Made by a program: the position numbers and the translations under genes
Source of the DNA: Callorhinchus milii
Lineage: Eukaryota
Assembly (NCBI RefSeq): GCF_018977255.1
Contig: NW_024704742.1
Location: forward strand, 45,448,001 to 45,512,000
Direction of reading: 5' to 3'
Length of the DNA: 64,000 nt
In this document: piece after piece, positions 1 to 10,985 of the stretch
How the letters are laid out: the number at the start of each line of letters is the position of its first letter
Numbering within the stretch: position 1 is the first letter of the stretch
The notes under the pieces: generated by a model
What the model saw: only the letters and a program-made list of their open reading frames with translations
What the model was told of the DNA's origin: nothing
Databases searched by the model: none

Positions 1-156
1 TGATCTGGATCAACTACAAATTAACAATGATATTTCTCAGGTTTCTATCTTTGTTACATTGAAAGTAGGAAGCAAAGCTGAGAGTGTTTACTTGTGTAAG
101 AACTAACTAATTCTTAATGCTGCTTCATGCAAGTATCATTTGGTTAATTAAGTCTT

Positions 157-345
157 ATAATAATAATAATAATACTTACATTTGATATCGCGCTTTTCAC
201 GTCTTTGATACGTCTCAAAGCGCTTCACAGAATATACTGTAAAGTGAATTGATTGTATATCTGTGGGTGAAACGCGGCAAACGGGTTGCGCACAGTCGTG
301 AATTGAGTGACTAAATTAATTTTTCTTTGTTCTTGAGGGATTATT
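157..345 (-). mobile_element. SINE-A 3' part (Deu-like domain + L2-type tail, (TTA)n)
   Basis: Matches the 3' half of the full copies at 1236-1536 and 15011-15328; (TAA)n on + strand at the left end. Confidence 0.85.
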
Positions 346-639
346 ATCTTTATTATTATTAATATTATTTTTATTACTATTGTCCTCACTTGACCAAGTA
401 ATAGTCTATAAAGAGATCACAACCTATGCCTGAAACATATTTGTCATTGATTTTTCTATAGGCTATGTCTATTAATTTGTATGGGTTATTTGTCTGTTAG
501 TAAATGATACTGTATTAGGATGTTAATGCACTTTTTCATTATAAATGCAAAGCTGTAAATATCAATACATGTATTAACAAACAAAGACAGGAAGTAGTAG
601 ATACATTTGACAATTTAGAGAGAGAAGCACCAAGTCCAG

Positions 640-1235
640 ATTGACTGCAACCAAAGACCTTAAAGAAATTAGGAAGGAAATAGTTGAGGCACAAGTATTT
701 ATAATTTAACTATTCTGTAGAAAAAGAAATTGCGACAGAGAATAGGGCGGCAAATGGAATATCCATTTTTTTAAAAAAGTGCTGATTCAAAAATAGCTTA
801 TTGTCTGTGGTGAGGAAGGGATTGGAGTCTACAATAAAGGATGAAATAACTAAATAATTCGAGAGGGTGAATCTAATGACAAACAACCAGTATGGATTTA
901 TGAAAGCAAGATCATGCTTGACCAACCTTATCGATTTTTTGGCAGAAGAAACAGATAAAGTAGATAAGGAAAATGCAATGTATGTGGTATTTATTGATTT
1001 CCAGAAGGTCTTTGATAAGAGGACACATTAGAGACTCGTGGCTAAAATCAGGGTATGTGGAGGTATGGGCGAGGTAGCAGAGTGGTTTGCAACTTTGGCT
1101 GGAAAACCAGAGTGTAGGAATAAGAGGAGCTTCTCAGATTGGTAAGCAGTAAGAAGTATTCAGCAGAGATCTGCATTGGGACCTGAAACTGTTCACCATA
1201 TAAATAAATGCTTTGGATGCAGATAAAGAAAGTAT
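640..1235 (+). mobile_element. CR1 LINE reverse transcriptase fragment (degenerate), left part
   Basis: Translates with stops/frameshifts to QYGFMKARSCLTNLIDF...VVFIDFQKVFDK, typical CR1 RT motifs. Confidence 0.9.
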
Positions 1236-1536
1236 AATAATAATAATCCTTGCATTTGATATAGCGCTTTTCACGTCGGGAGGACGTCCCAAAGCGCTTC
1301 ACAGAACACACTGTAAAGTGAATTGACTAGTATATTTGTGGGCGAACGCGCACAGCAGTGTCCCACAAACAATCGTAGGTTGAAAATGACCAATTTATTA
1401 TTGTTTTTGGTTTCGGGGGGATTATTATTAGGTGTGTGGAGTACGGAAACTTGCCCAAGGTTTCGCCGTGCCTGGAATTGAACTCAGGTCTCTCGCTTGC
1501 AAAGCGAGTGCTCTGACCACTGAGCTACAGGACTCC
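1236..1536 (-). mobile_element. SINE-A, full length (tRNA-Ala-like head, short variant), inserted in CR1
   Basis: Minus strand GGAGTCCTGTAGCTCAGTGG (A box), CTCGC-TTTGCAA-GCGAG (TGC anticodon arm), GAGTTCAATTCC (B box); L2-like 3' tail; flanked by ATA(A/C)AGAAAGTAT direct repeat. Confidence 0.9.
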
Positions 1537-1561
1537 ACTTATTATTATTATTATTATTATT

Positions 1562-1706
1562 ATACAGAAAGTATGTTATTGAAATTGACAAATCAAAGCA
1601 AATTGGTGGCATGGGGGTAAGATATGTGGTGAAGAGTATTGCAAAAGAGTACAGCAAATCACGTCAGGCTTGCTAATGGGTGGATGGGTGGCAGATGAAG
1701 TTTAAT
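1562..1706 (+). mobile_element. CR1 RT fragment, right part (continues 640-1235)
   Basis: Degenerate KFADDTKLGG-like region and GWQMKFN motif. Confidence 0.75.
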
Positions 1707-2185
1707 ACAACAACAAATTACATTTGAGTAGCTACTTTCACATCGAGAAGACGTCCTAAGGCACTGGACAGTCAGGGAATTGGACCCGAGCAGGGAGTTG
1801 GAATCAGGGGGTGTTGAGGCAGTGAGGGTAGGCGTAGGAGTGTGGCCGAATGAGCGGTTGAAGAGGAGGGTCTTGAGACATGCCCTGAAGGAGGCAAGAG
1901 CCAAGGAAGCAAGATAAAGGGAGTGTGGGATGGAGTTTCAAAGTGTGGGAGCAGAGAAGCTGAAGGCCCGACTGCCGATGGTGGGGCGGGCCAGGCGGGG
2001 GACGATGAGCAGGTCGGAGCATGCTGAGCGGAGGGAGCGGACAGGTTAATAGATCAGAGAGATAGGAAGGAGCAAGTCCTTGGAGGGCCTTGAAGGCAAG
2101 GACAAAGATTTTGAGCTCTATTCTGTGGGGGAATGGGAGCCAGTGGAGCCAGGAGTGAGTGGAGATGATAGGGTCATATAAACCT
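1707..2185 (-). mobile_element. L2 LINE 3' end (ORF2 C-terminus + 3' UTR)
   Basis: LHWLPFPHRIELKIFVLAFKALQGLAPSYLSDLL on minus strand; (CAA)n tail on + strand. Confidence 0.92.
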
Positions 2186-2189
2186 GTCT

Positions 2190-2445
2190 TCCACTGTTTT
2201 CCTGTCTGCAGCTTAGGCACACGTCCCTTCCCATTGAGCGATGTTTCACCAGTTTGAGGTGCAGAGTTTAAGCAGCAGCTGCTTGCTCTCTGCAGGTCAA
2301 TCAAGGTGGATTCCAGCCGCTGGATTTATGAACTTGTGTTCATGAACTAGGACGCAAGGTAACGCCTTCCAGCAGCTGTCACCTCAAGCCTGAATTCCCT
2401 CATCAGCTATCTGGCGGACATCTGCCTTCAGTGTGGTGGGAGGAT
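2190..2445 (-). mobile_element. Rep-A unclassified retroposon, internal fragment
   Basis: Colinear with 6628-6880. Confidence 0.75.
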
Positions 2446-2599
2446 CTTTCGGTACACTTATTATTTCTGAAAAGATCATAAAAGGTCAAGTGTTGAGATT
2501 TGTTTCCTCATAGGAATGCCATTGAACAAACATTTACATAAGCCTGAGCCAAAATGTTCTGCTGTTTTATTCCATTGATATAAAGTGCATCTTACAGAA

Positions 2600-2930
2600 A
2601 AATGTTGCGGCTTTATATCAGTCATCACGCGCGTAAAATATTCTCTTCTATTCTAGACAGAAATTAGCAATATAAAAATATATTGGGATTAAAACAGTAG
2701 CAGAATTCAACATGGTTGCAAATGGCATAATTTGTGAAGAAAGACTCGATAATATGTGCACCTTTGTATTTATCCTGTGCTTTGGCTGTAAATTTACGAG
2801 GACAAATGCAGTATGAATTGGAATTGAGCAGCTCAATCTAAAACCAAATTGTGTTGGAGTACAATGGCTAAGATCAACTTTGAGGGGAGAAGTGAATCTG
2901 TGTGAACTGAAAGGCATCTGGAGGTCTCCT
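2600..2930 (-). mobile_element. Ancient non-LTR retrotransposon RT relic
   Basis: PTQFGFRLSCS...FVLVNLQPK resembles the LINE RT QxGFR motif; related to 5150-5300. Confidence 0.5.
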
Positions 2931-3107
2931 ATTTTCTTATGCTTTTCAATATTAGTACTTTTGAATCTTCTTTTGAATTAGGTGAAAATATCCATAGGTT
3001 AATATAATAATCAATAACTATAACAATGATAATATTATATATTGTTGAATACATGTTATAATGACATTTTCACAAACATTAAAATTATGATATAAAATGT
3101 ACAATTC

Positions 3108-4520
3108 ACAACAACAACAAGATTACATTTGTATAGTGCCTTTCACATCGACAGAACATCCCAAGGCGCTGGACAGTGTACAGCATTTCAGACCTGAGTT
3201 GGGATCAGTGGGGGAGAAGGGAGGGTAGGGGAGAGGAAGGGAGGTGGCCGATGGCATGGTCGAAGAGGAGAGTCTTGAGGTGGGACTTGAAGAGGCTAAG
3301 GAGGGGACAATGCAGAGTGATTGGGGGATGGAATTCCAGAGGTTGGGGGCAGAGCGGCTGAAGGCTCTCCCGCCAATGGTGGGGCAGGTGGGTCGGGGGA
3401 CTTGGAGCAGGCCGGAGCCGGCTGAGCGTAGAGAGTGGGTGGGTTGGTAGGGTGTTAGGAGGTCGCAGAGGTAGGGTGGGGCAAGGCCATGGAGAGCTTT
3501 GTAGGTGAGAACCAGGATCTTGAACTGGATCCTCTGAAGGATAGGGAGCCAATGGAGTCGTGTGAGAGTGGGGGAGATAGGGTCACGGAGTTTGGTGCGG
3601 GAGAGGACATGGGCTGCAGAGTTCTGGATTATCTGCAGCCTGTGGAGGGAGGAGTTGGGAAGGCCGACAAGCAGCGGATTTGCATAGTCGAGCCTGGGGG
3701 TGATGAAGGCATGAACAAGAGTTTCAGCGGCCTGAGGGGTGAGGTAGTGGCAGAGTCGGGCGATGTTATGGAGGTCAGGGATGGCAGAGAGGGTCATGGC
3801 TTGGATGTGGGGAAAAAAAGACAGTTGAGGGTTGAACAAGACACCTAGGTTCCTGACTGTTTTGGTGAGTTGAAGTGGATGATGTCTGCGGATGATGTCA
3901 CCAAGGGGGAGCATGTAAGTTTTTTTCAAGATGGGGGTGATGACGGCTGTTTTTATGGGGGTGGGAACTGAACCGGTGGACAAGGAGAGGTTGATGACAT
4001 CGGACAGGAGAGGGTCCAGGAGGTGGAACTGGGAGATGAGGAAAGAGGTTGGATGGGATCGAGGGAGCAAATGGTCGGTTTCAGTTTGCGGACAGTTGTG
4101 GAGAGGGAGGGAGAGTTAGGGTCGAAGGAGTGTAGGTGGGGTTTGGGTCATGAGAGAGAGGTGATGTGGGGGTGGCTCTGGACAGGGCAGAGGTGGCTGA
4201 ACGTATCCCGTCGATTTTGGATTCGAGGAAGTCCAGCATCTCCTCACAGTTGGAGTTTGAGGAGAGGATGGATGAGACATGGGAAGGTGGACGAGGAGAT
4301 GGTTTGTGGTGGAAAAGGGAAGCCTGAGGTTGTCCTTTGCCTCCAAGATAACCTTGAAGTAGAAGGAGGATTTGGCAGAGGCAAGAGCACAGCGGTAGGT
4401 CTTGGTGTGCAGAAGCCAATTCTGCCGATGGACTGTTAGTTTGGATTTGATTCAGGCGCGTTCAGCAGCTCGCACTTGTGCCTTGAGGGAACGAAGATGG
4501 TTGGTTTACCAGGGGGATTA
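3108..4520 (-). mobile_element. L2 LINE with internal deletions removing the RT core
   Basis: ORF 3123-4070: INLSLSTGSVPTPIKTAVITPILKK / YMLPLGDIIRRH / VRNLGVLF...AETLVHAFITPRLDYAN...LHWLP; (CAA)n tail. Confidence 0.93.
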
Positions 4521-4529
4521 AGTCCTAAA

Positions 4530-5320
4530 ACAGTAGCATCCTTATGTCCAATAATAATCCAGAGGTAGTTCAAACTGCAGGATTATAGCACCCTTTATAA
4601 GTACCATCAATGTAGTCCCCTGAAGACTGAGCACAAGGATGGATGGTAACTGTGGTCAGAGATATAACGAGGTGCTCTGATAATCCTTTATACATCTTTG
4701 AAATCCGGGAATAAAAGGAACAACGATCATGTGAAAAGCTTTGTCGATCAAATGTATTCTATACTTTAAGTTCATTGCCCTCTCCAGATGAACCTTGTTA
4801 GAATTTTTCATATTTAACAATATCATGTAGGCCTTTAATCAGACCAGAAAATATATAAGCTTTTGAGGCTTCAATCTTATATTCTAGCAAGGAAAATCTT
4901 CAAGAGTCAGTCAAAACTCCAAGAGCTAGAGTGAAAGAAAATAGCATCTTTATTAGTGACCTTTGTTGGTCCAACTGAATACTTTGACTTTGGCACTCCT
5001 GACTATATCACCAGCACAACCAAATATTCCCATCAATATAGACACAGCAAAGGAGCACGTAGGTATAATTTTTTGTGCACGTGCCCCACAGTATGTGTTT
5101 GCTCATGGACATGAATCCCTTTGCACAATGAGGTAAAGTAAAAACCTTTGGAAAAATTTGTAAGAATTACAACATTTTTGGGGGAGAAATTTAAATAATG
5201 TAATTGAAATAGGAATTAGGATTGAACAGCACAATCCAAAACCAAATGATGTGGGAGTCCAAAAGCTCAGATCAACTTTGAAGAACGCAATCCTCAAAGA
5301 GGTTTTGAATGCCGTTTAAA
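4530..5320 (-). mobile_element. Ancient non-LTR retrotransposon RT relic (second copy)
   Basis: KVDLSFWTPTSFGFGL aligns with 2815-2885; downstream NFSKGF (DFxKAF-like) motif; many stops. Confidence 0.4.
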
Positions 5321-5339
5321 TGAAGAGAATATCTTGGGA

Positions 5340-5463
5340 ATAGGCTGTGTTGTGCCCACAAAATATATACAGCCAATTCACTTTACAATATCTTCTGTGA
5401 AACTCTATGAGGCACCTCAATGACGTGATAAGGAACTGTATCAAAAGCAATTATTATTATTAT
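5340..5463 (+). mobile_element. SINE-A 3' fragment
   Basis: GCCCACAAAATATATACAGCCAATTCACTTTAC followed by (TTA)n. Confidence 0.75.
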
Positions 5464-5899
5464 AAATACTTTTCTTTTATTCTCTAAAATCAGCGATTGA
5501 CTGCAACAAATGTATTTCTTTTCATAATCCTAATAAAGAAATGAAATGTATGGATTTATTCCCCCTGTATTTCAAACAAATCCACATTTTATTTGGTTGA
5601 TAGGGTTCACAGTGGTGGTTGTTGATGTAGTTGACATAATTAATAAGACAAGACAAATGCTGAGACATTTGTTGCAAAATCGGTTCTTTGCTTAGTCCTT
5701 GGTGACTTAGTCAGTGAGGCTCTCTACAGAGGACTATACAATGGACAACCATCATTTTTATAGAGGTTTTCCCTCATGGTCCATTTAGTTCATCTATGGT
5801 TATGTGTTACTGAACAATAAGAATAGCAACATCAACAAATTGCAGGGAATTGGACCCAAGATGGTGGTTGTGATAAGCAGAGAGGGTAGGGGTGGAATA

Positions 5900-6920
5900 T
5901 TTTTTTTTGGTCAGTCGGGTGTCTGACACATGCGGAAACCCATCACCATGCTTAAGAGTATCCAAACCAAGCTGAGATTTCCATGCATCCCACCTACACA
6001 TGGGAATCCCAGAAATAGATTGTTGGAATGGAATATGCACCCTCTCCCTGGAGGGACACAGCCTGCTTACCTAATTCCAGAAAGTATTAGGCGCAGGATG
6101 GCAAGACCTAAGTCTTGGGGACCCCAGAGTGTGTGTTGGGGTAACTGGAGTCTAACCAGCTAAAACCGCATAACTTGCCAATGATATTGCTGTCCGGCAA
6201 TATTGCTTGTGCAGCTAAGAACCTACCCATTAGGGCTTTGGGTTGTAGGTTTAACAGGAGCTGAGTGGGATGACTCCTTGCTCCAAGTGCCCTTCCTATC
6301 CAAGTCGTGCCAATGAGCCAGGCTGGCTGTGCTGCCATCAACAGTGCCCTGGAATACTATGGACCATCCTAATCAGGAACCGGACTTCCGAGACCGCCAC
6401 GGAGGCCTGGCTCGATTCCGACATTCCATTGCCAGACATGTCACCTTGGAGCCAGTTCAGCTCCTAGGGGATGTCGCTTACCACCCCCAAGGAAGATAGT
6501 CACTAGTTGGTCGTTCGATATCCGACAAGCCCTGGTTTGAGCCGTCACTCAGTGGATGGTAGGGACAAGCAATAAGCGAGCTTCCCGATGGACAACGCAT
6601 CTCAGCATGAAACAGGTGATAGCATTGCCACCATTTTCCTATCTGCAGCTCGGGCACACATCCCTTCCCATTGAGTGATAGTTCCACCAATTTGAGGTGT
6701 GGAGATTAAGCAGCAGCTGCTTGCCTCTCTGCAGGCGAATCAATGTGGGTTCCAGGGGCTAGATGTTCATGAACTCAGACTTCAGGTGATGCCTTACAGC
6801 AGCTGTCACCCCAGCCTCAGAGTTTCCTCATCAGCTGTCTGGCAGGCACCTGCCTTCAGCATGATGGGTGGACCTTTACAGGACAGCTTATGATGTGCCA
6901 GTCACTTTGATGTTCTTGAG
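5900..6920 (-). mobile_element. Rep-A unclassified A-tailed retroposon (longest copy, ~1 kb)
   Basis: Eight related segments in the window; minus strand ends GTGTCAGACACCCGACTGACC-A9. Confidence 0.8.
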
Positions 6921-6921
6921 G

Positions 6922-7625
6922 CCCTCACGCTGCTGAAACCCTGGTCCACGCCTTTGTCACCTCAAGGCTGGACTATGGGAACGCTCTCCTCGCCGGCCTT
7001 CCCACCACCTCCCTCCACAAGCTGCAGGTCATTCAGAACTCTGCAGCTCGTGTACTGTCCCGCACCAGGCTTCGCGACCACATCACTCCCACCCTCGCTC
7101 GCCTCCACTGGCTCCCCATCCCCCAGAGGATTGATTTCAAGATCCTCATCCTCACCTACAAGGCCATTCACGGCCTCGCTCCCTCCTACCTCTCCAACCT
7201 ACTATCCCCCTACCTACCTGCCCTTACCCTCCGTTCCTCCGGCTGCAGTCTGCTCCACGTCCCCCGCCCCAATCGCCCTACCATCGGTGGTCGGGCCTTC
7301 AGCCTCTCAGCCCCCAGGCTCTGGAACTCTATCCCCCAGTGCCTTCGCCTTGCTTCCTCCCTTTCCTCCTTCAAGGCCGGTCTCAAAACCTTTCTCTTTG
7401 ACCGAGCCTTCAGCTCCCCTCTCGACTCTCTTCCCCCTCCTCGCTCCCTCCCTTCCCTCCCCTCACCCTGACCATTTCCCCCCTCCTCGCTCCCTCCCTT
7501 CCCTCCCCTCACCCTGACCATTTCCCCCCTGCTCGGGTCATGACCCAACTGTGCAGCGCCTTGGGACGTCCTCCTGACGTGAAAGGCGCTTTATAAATGG
7601 AATCTTGTTGTTGTTGTTGTTGTTG
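6922..7625 (+). mobile_element. Young 5'-truncated L2 LINE
   Basis: Uninterrupted frame PHAAETLVHAFVTSRLDYGNALLAGLP...LHWLPIPQRIDFKILILTYKA...FKAGLKTFLFDRAF; CpGs retained; (GTT)n tail. Confidence 0.96.
7433..7530 (+). repeat. 46-bp pyrimidine-rich tandem duplication in the L2 3' region
   Basis: TCGCTCCC recurs at 7441 and 7487; same duplication at 33725/33771. Confidence 0.85.
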
Positions 7626-7659
7626 AGGTCCAAGTCCAATACCGCATACCAGGCTTACT

Positions 7660-8165
7660 CAGCACCAGCTACTCAATCCAGGTCCTATGGTGGGAAGATG
7701 ACTGAAGGCATGGTCAAAGAGGATGGTCTTGAGACAGGCCTTTAAGCAGGGAAGAGAGCAAGGAAAGCGAAGGGACTTTGGCATGGAGTTCCAGAGGGTG
7801 GGGGTAGAGAGGTTAAAGGCCTGACTGCTGATGGTGAGGCGGGCAGGGCAGTGGAAATGGAGCAGGTCAAGAGTCATGGAGAGTGCCTGCCGAGCGAAGG
7901 GAGGAAGAACAGTGGTAAGGTGTTAGCATATTGCAAAGGTAGGGAGGAGCAAGAGAGTGGAGGGCTTTGAAAGTGAGAATGCGGATCTTGAACTTGATCC
8001 TCTGGGGATGGGGAACCAGTGAAGCCGGGCAAGGATGTGGGTGATTGGCTCATGGAGCTTTGTGTAGGAGAGGACACAAGCTGCAGAGTTCTGAATAATC
8101 TGCTGTCTATGGAGGGAAGAGTGGAGAAGGCCGGCAAGCAGATAGTTAGCATAGTCAAATTTTAA
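7660..8165 (-). mobile_element. Older L2 LINE 3' fragment
   Basis: FDYANYLLAGL...IIQNSAACVLS...LARLHWFPIP; LWNSMPKSLR...LKTILFDHAF. Confidence 0.9.
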
Positions 8166-9149
8166 AGCATGAAAATAATGGTTTTTACTGAGATGCAAGG
8201 CTCTGATTAGCTCAAAGCGTACTTTAACCAATCGTTGATCACTTTTCTAAAATTATCTTACAACACCTTTGTACAATGAAAGAGAAATGTGCATTAAACT
8301 GAAAGTCAAAGTGATCAAGGCACCTTAGTAGTCCTCAAAGGAGTTAGCTATGGATTCTTAGTTCCTTGGGATACAAAAGGTATTGGGCTATCAAACCAAT
8401 TTGTTTGGAAAGTACTGCATAGGTACTAAAAAAACAACTCTTAGAAAATAGGAATAAACAAAATCCAGTGAATTTAGACAACACAATTGATAAAGCATAT
8501 TAACTTAAACTAATTTTCTTTGGGGTTATTATTACAAATGTCATAATGATGAGGATCAATTAAATTTGCAGACCAACTGACTACCCCACAAAAAAAACTC
8601 TTTTGATCTATGCTGCCATTGCCATCTTGCCTGGCTCCATTACAGACATTTTAAATGTTAAGTTGCACAGTTAATTTAAATTTCCATAGCAGTCCATAAC
8701 AGACTCATCCAAGCATACTTGATTCTCATCAACTCATGATGCTTGCTGCCTGAAGAATTCAAATGAGATTGATTTAACACTCATTTTTATTTGCAGCCAT
8801 CACCTTGCACATTTCCTCATGAAAGTCAAAACAAACTAAAAATGTTAAAAGTGGAAAATCTCAACCTGATTAAAGGCAAAACGGGTTTGATCCTGAGGAG
8901 CAGGATGCTCCTTTAATTTGCCTTTATGATGCTTATAATTTTCTGGCAACGATTAATTCAGTGTTTCTAAATTTAAAGCTTGAATAGCAGTGTTATAACA
9001 TATCCTATGGTGCTTGACAGGATCATACCAATGAACTCTGACTAAGAAGGCACAACATACCCATTCTCTGCATTTATAAAAACTAATCAAAATAAAACAA
9101 CAGGGAGAAATTTCAATGGTATCTAAATTTGCTCTAATAGCATAGCTTT

Positions 9150-9430
9150 TAATAATTCTAATCCTTGCACTTGATGTACCTCCTTATTGCGTCGTTGAGA
9201 CGTCACCAAGTGCTTCACAGAATATATTATAAAGAGAATTGACAGGGAGGAGGGATTGCTATCTTGGAAACAATCCGCCAATCAACTATCAACTGAGTTC
9301 CTGCTTACTACTAGGTAAACAGAGATGTGTGGAGTAAGAAACTTTCCTAAGGTTTTGCCCCAGGTTGGAATCAAATCCAGGCCCTATCGGTTGTGAGGTG
9401 AGCCCACTAAACACTACACTACAGGATTCC
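9150..9430 (-). mobile_element. SINE-A (long variant), diverged
   Basis: tRNA-like head at ~9360-9430, TGTTTACCTAGTAGTAAG segment, L2-type tail. Confidence 0.8.
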
Positions 9431-10274
9431 AGCTTTTTAGATATCGTGCAGAGATTGACGAATTGTTTAATTCAGCCTTAACTTTAAAATCATAGTTTTA
9501 CAGTGTGAAAAAGAACGTAGAAGAAATCAGCTTCAAAATTAAGACTGATTTAAGAATTTACCAAATTTGGGATGCTCTAAAATTCTATGTCAATAGCGTA
9601 AGTCTAGGCCCAGGTGGAATTTCTCCACACCCGTATTTCAAACATACTTGGCTCATTCTTTACCAAACTACAGCATATTCTTCCTCTTCCTCTGGATGAT
9701 GGCAATAGAGTGCGAACTTGGGCAAACTTCTCAATTACAATCCTTGAAATTGTTCAACTCTGCAGGTCTCCATGACATCAAGCAGAATTCAATCTAAATG
9801 TATTTGGCTTTGCAGATTAAAAATATTTACATATTTATGGTTTATTGCGGATGTAACATAGACACCAAAATTAGTGGCTCATTAACGGAGAATAATCGAG
9901 ATGTGAAAAGCCTATTAATTTAGATTTAGTTTGAATTAAGTCTTATTTAAGGTTGAACTATTTCATGCAAACAGTGCAGATTATGTTAATTCAGACTGGA
10001 GAAACAGCATGTATTCCAAAACATTTTGTGTGCTTTGTTTACATAATAGGACGTTTTGTTGCAAAACTCAGTGTTAGACAATTTCTTGTAAACTGTAAGT
10101 ATTTAGATACTCAAACATTTTTCAGAATGGTTATGATCAAATCTAAAATGTTGGACACAATACTGATGATTAATTTCATCCAACCAATCCATGGAGGTTT
10201 AATTCTCTCCTCCAATTGGTACGTTTTGTAAGTTCGTCATTCAAATCTGACTTTATAATATAAATAACACAACA

Positions 10275-10535
10275 TAGATTCCTAGAATTATGGCAAGTAT
10301 AGCTCAGAAATAGGCTATTCATCCCATCTCGCCGGAGTTCATACCCCACACAAGTGTCCATCCATCCCTTTCCCCATAACCCTCAACATTATTCTCCCTC
10401 AACAATGTGTCCTGTCTTTTTTTGAATGTGCACATGGTTGCGCTGTCCCAAAAACTGACTCTGGTTGACAATTCAACATTTCCCATCACTCTCTGTGTGA
10501 AAAAATTTCTCCTAATCTCCATTTTGGACATCCCA
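10275..10535 (-). mobile_element. CR1 LINE 3' end
   Basis: EIRRNFFTQRV...FKKRQDTLL...GYG, CR1 ORF2 C-terminus and 3' UTR. Confidence 0.88.
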
Positions 10536-10724
10536 CTTATGACGTGAAAGACGTACTGTGAAATTATACTTTCAAGTAGCCAATCAACACTTTTATAAGG
10601 TCATAAACATTCTTGACCCTGAAATGAGGAGAACAGTTGTAAACACTTAGAGTCGAACCTAATTTGTAGAATTCTGGATATTTTAATTATTTTGCATTTC
10701 ATTGTAATCCCAAATCTACTTCAT

Positions 10725-10985
10725 CCAGTGGATGTTAATGTTCCAATGGTACCTCAAAATGAGAAGGGAGTTTCTCTCAGTGTCCTGGCCAACATCCTCC
10801 AGTTAATATTTATCATTCATTTCACGGCTCCTTGTGGGACAGTAACTTGCGCAAATTTGGTTGCCTTTTTCACCTATAAAAAACACAGTGACTACAATTT
10901 ACAATAAATCTTGTGAAGTGAGTTCAGATTTCCTCCCTACGTGAAAAGTGGTATCAATTGTAAGGATTATTTATTTGTTATTATT
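10725..10985 (+). mobile_element. SINE-B (older DeuSINE, SacSINE1-like) fragment
   Basis: GGGAGTTTCTCTCAGTGTCCTGGCCAAC...TTGTGGGAC...GCGCAAATTTGGTTGCC Deu-domain pattern. Confidence 0.7.

Noticed and set aside
1465..1536. tRNA-Ala gene (also 15011, 56049, 63130)
   Set aside because: No proper acceptor-stem pairing and continuous with a SINE body; these are SINE heads
4600..5120. Integrase-like words (HxxxH, QSSG) on the minus strand
   Set aside because: Scattered across frames with no DDE spacing; too weak
2810..5300. Paralogous ~70-bp blocks (2815-2885 / 5213-5283) as duplicated exons or an NLR leucine-rich repeat on the + strand
   Set aside because: The minus strand gives a QFGFR-type LINE RT motif with further RT-like context; best explained as two old retrotransposon relics
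6815..6840. CTGATGAG in Rep-A (minus strand) as a hammerhead core
   Set aside because: No stem II followed by GAAA conserved between the copies at 2.4 and 6.8 kb
6954..7548. Pro/Ser-rich and Gly/Arg-rich ORFs (also 33333-33832 and 32714-33376)
   Set aside because: Alternative or antisense frames of C-rich L2 sequence
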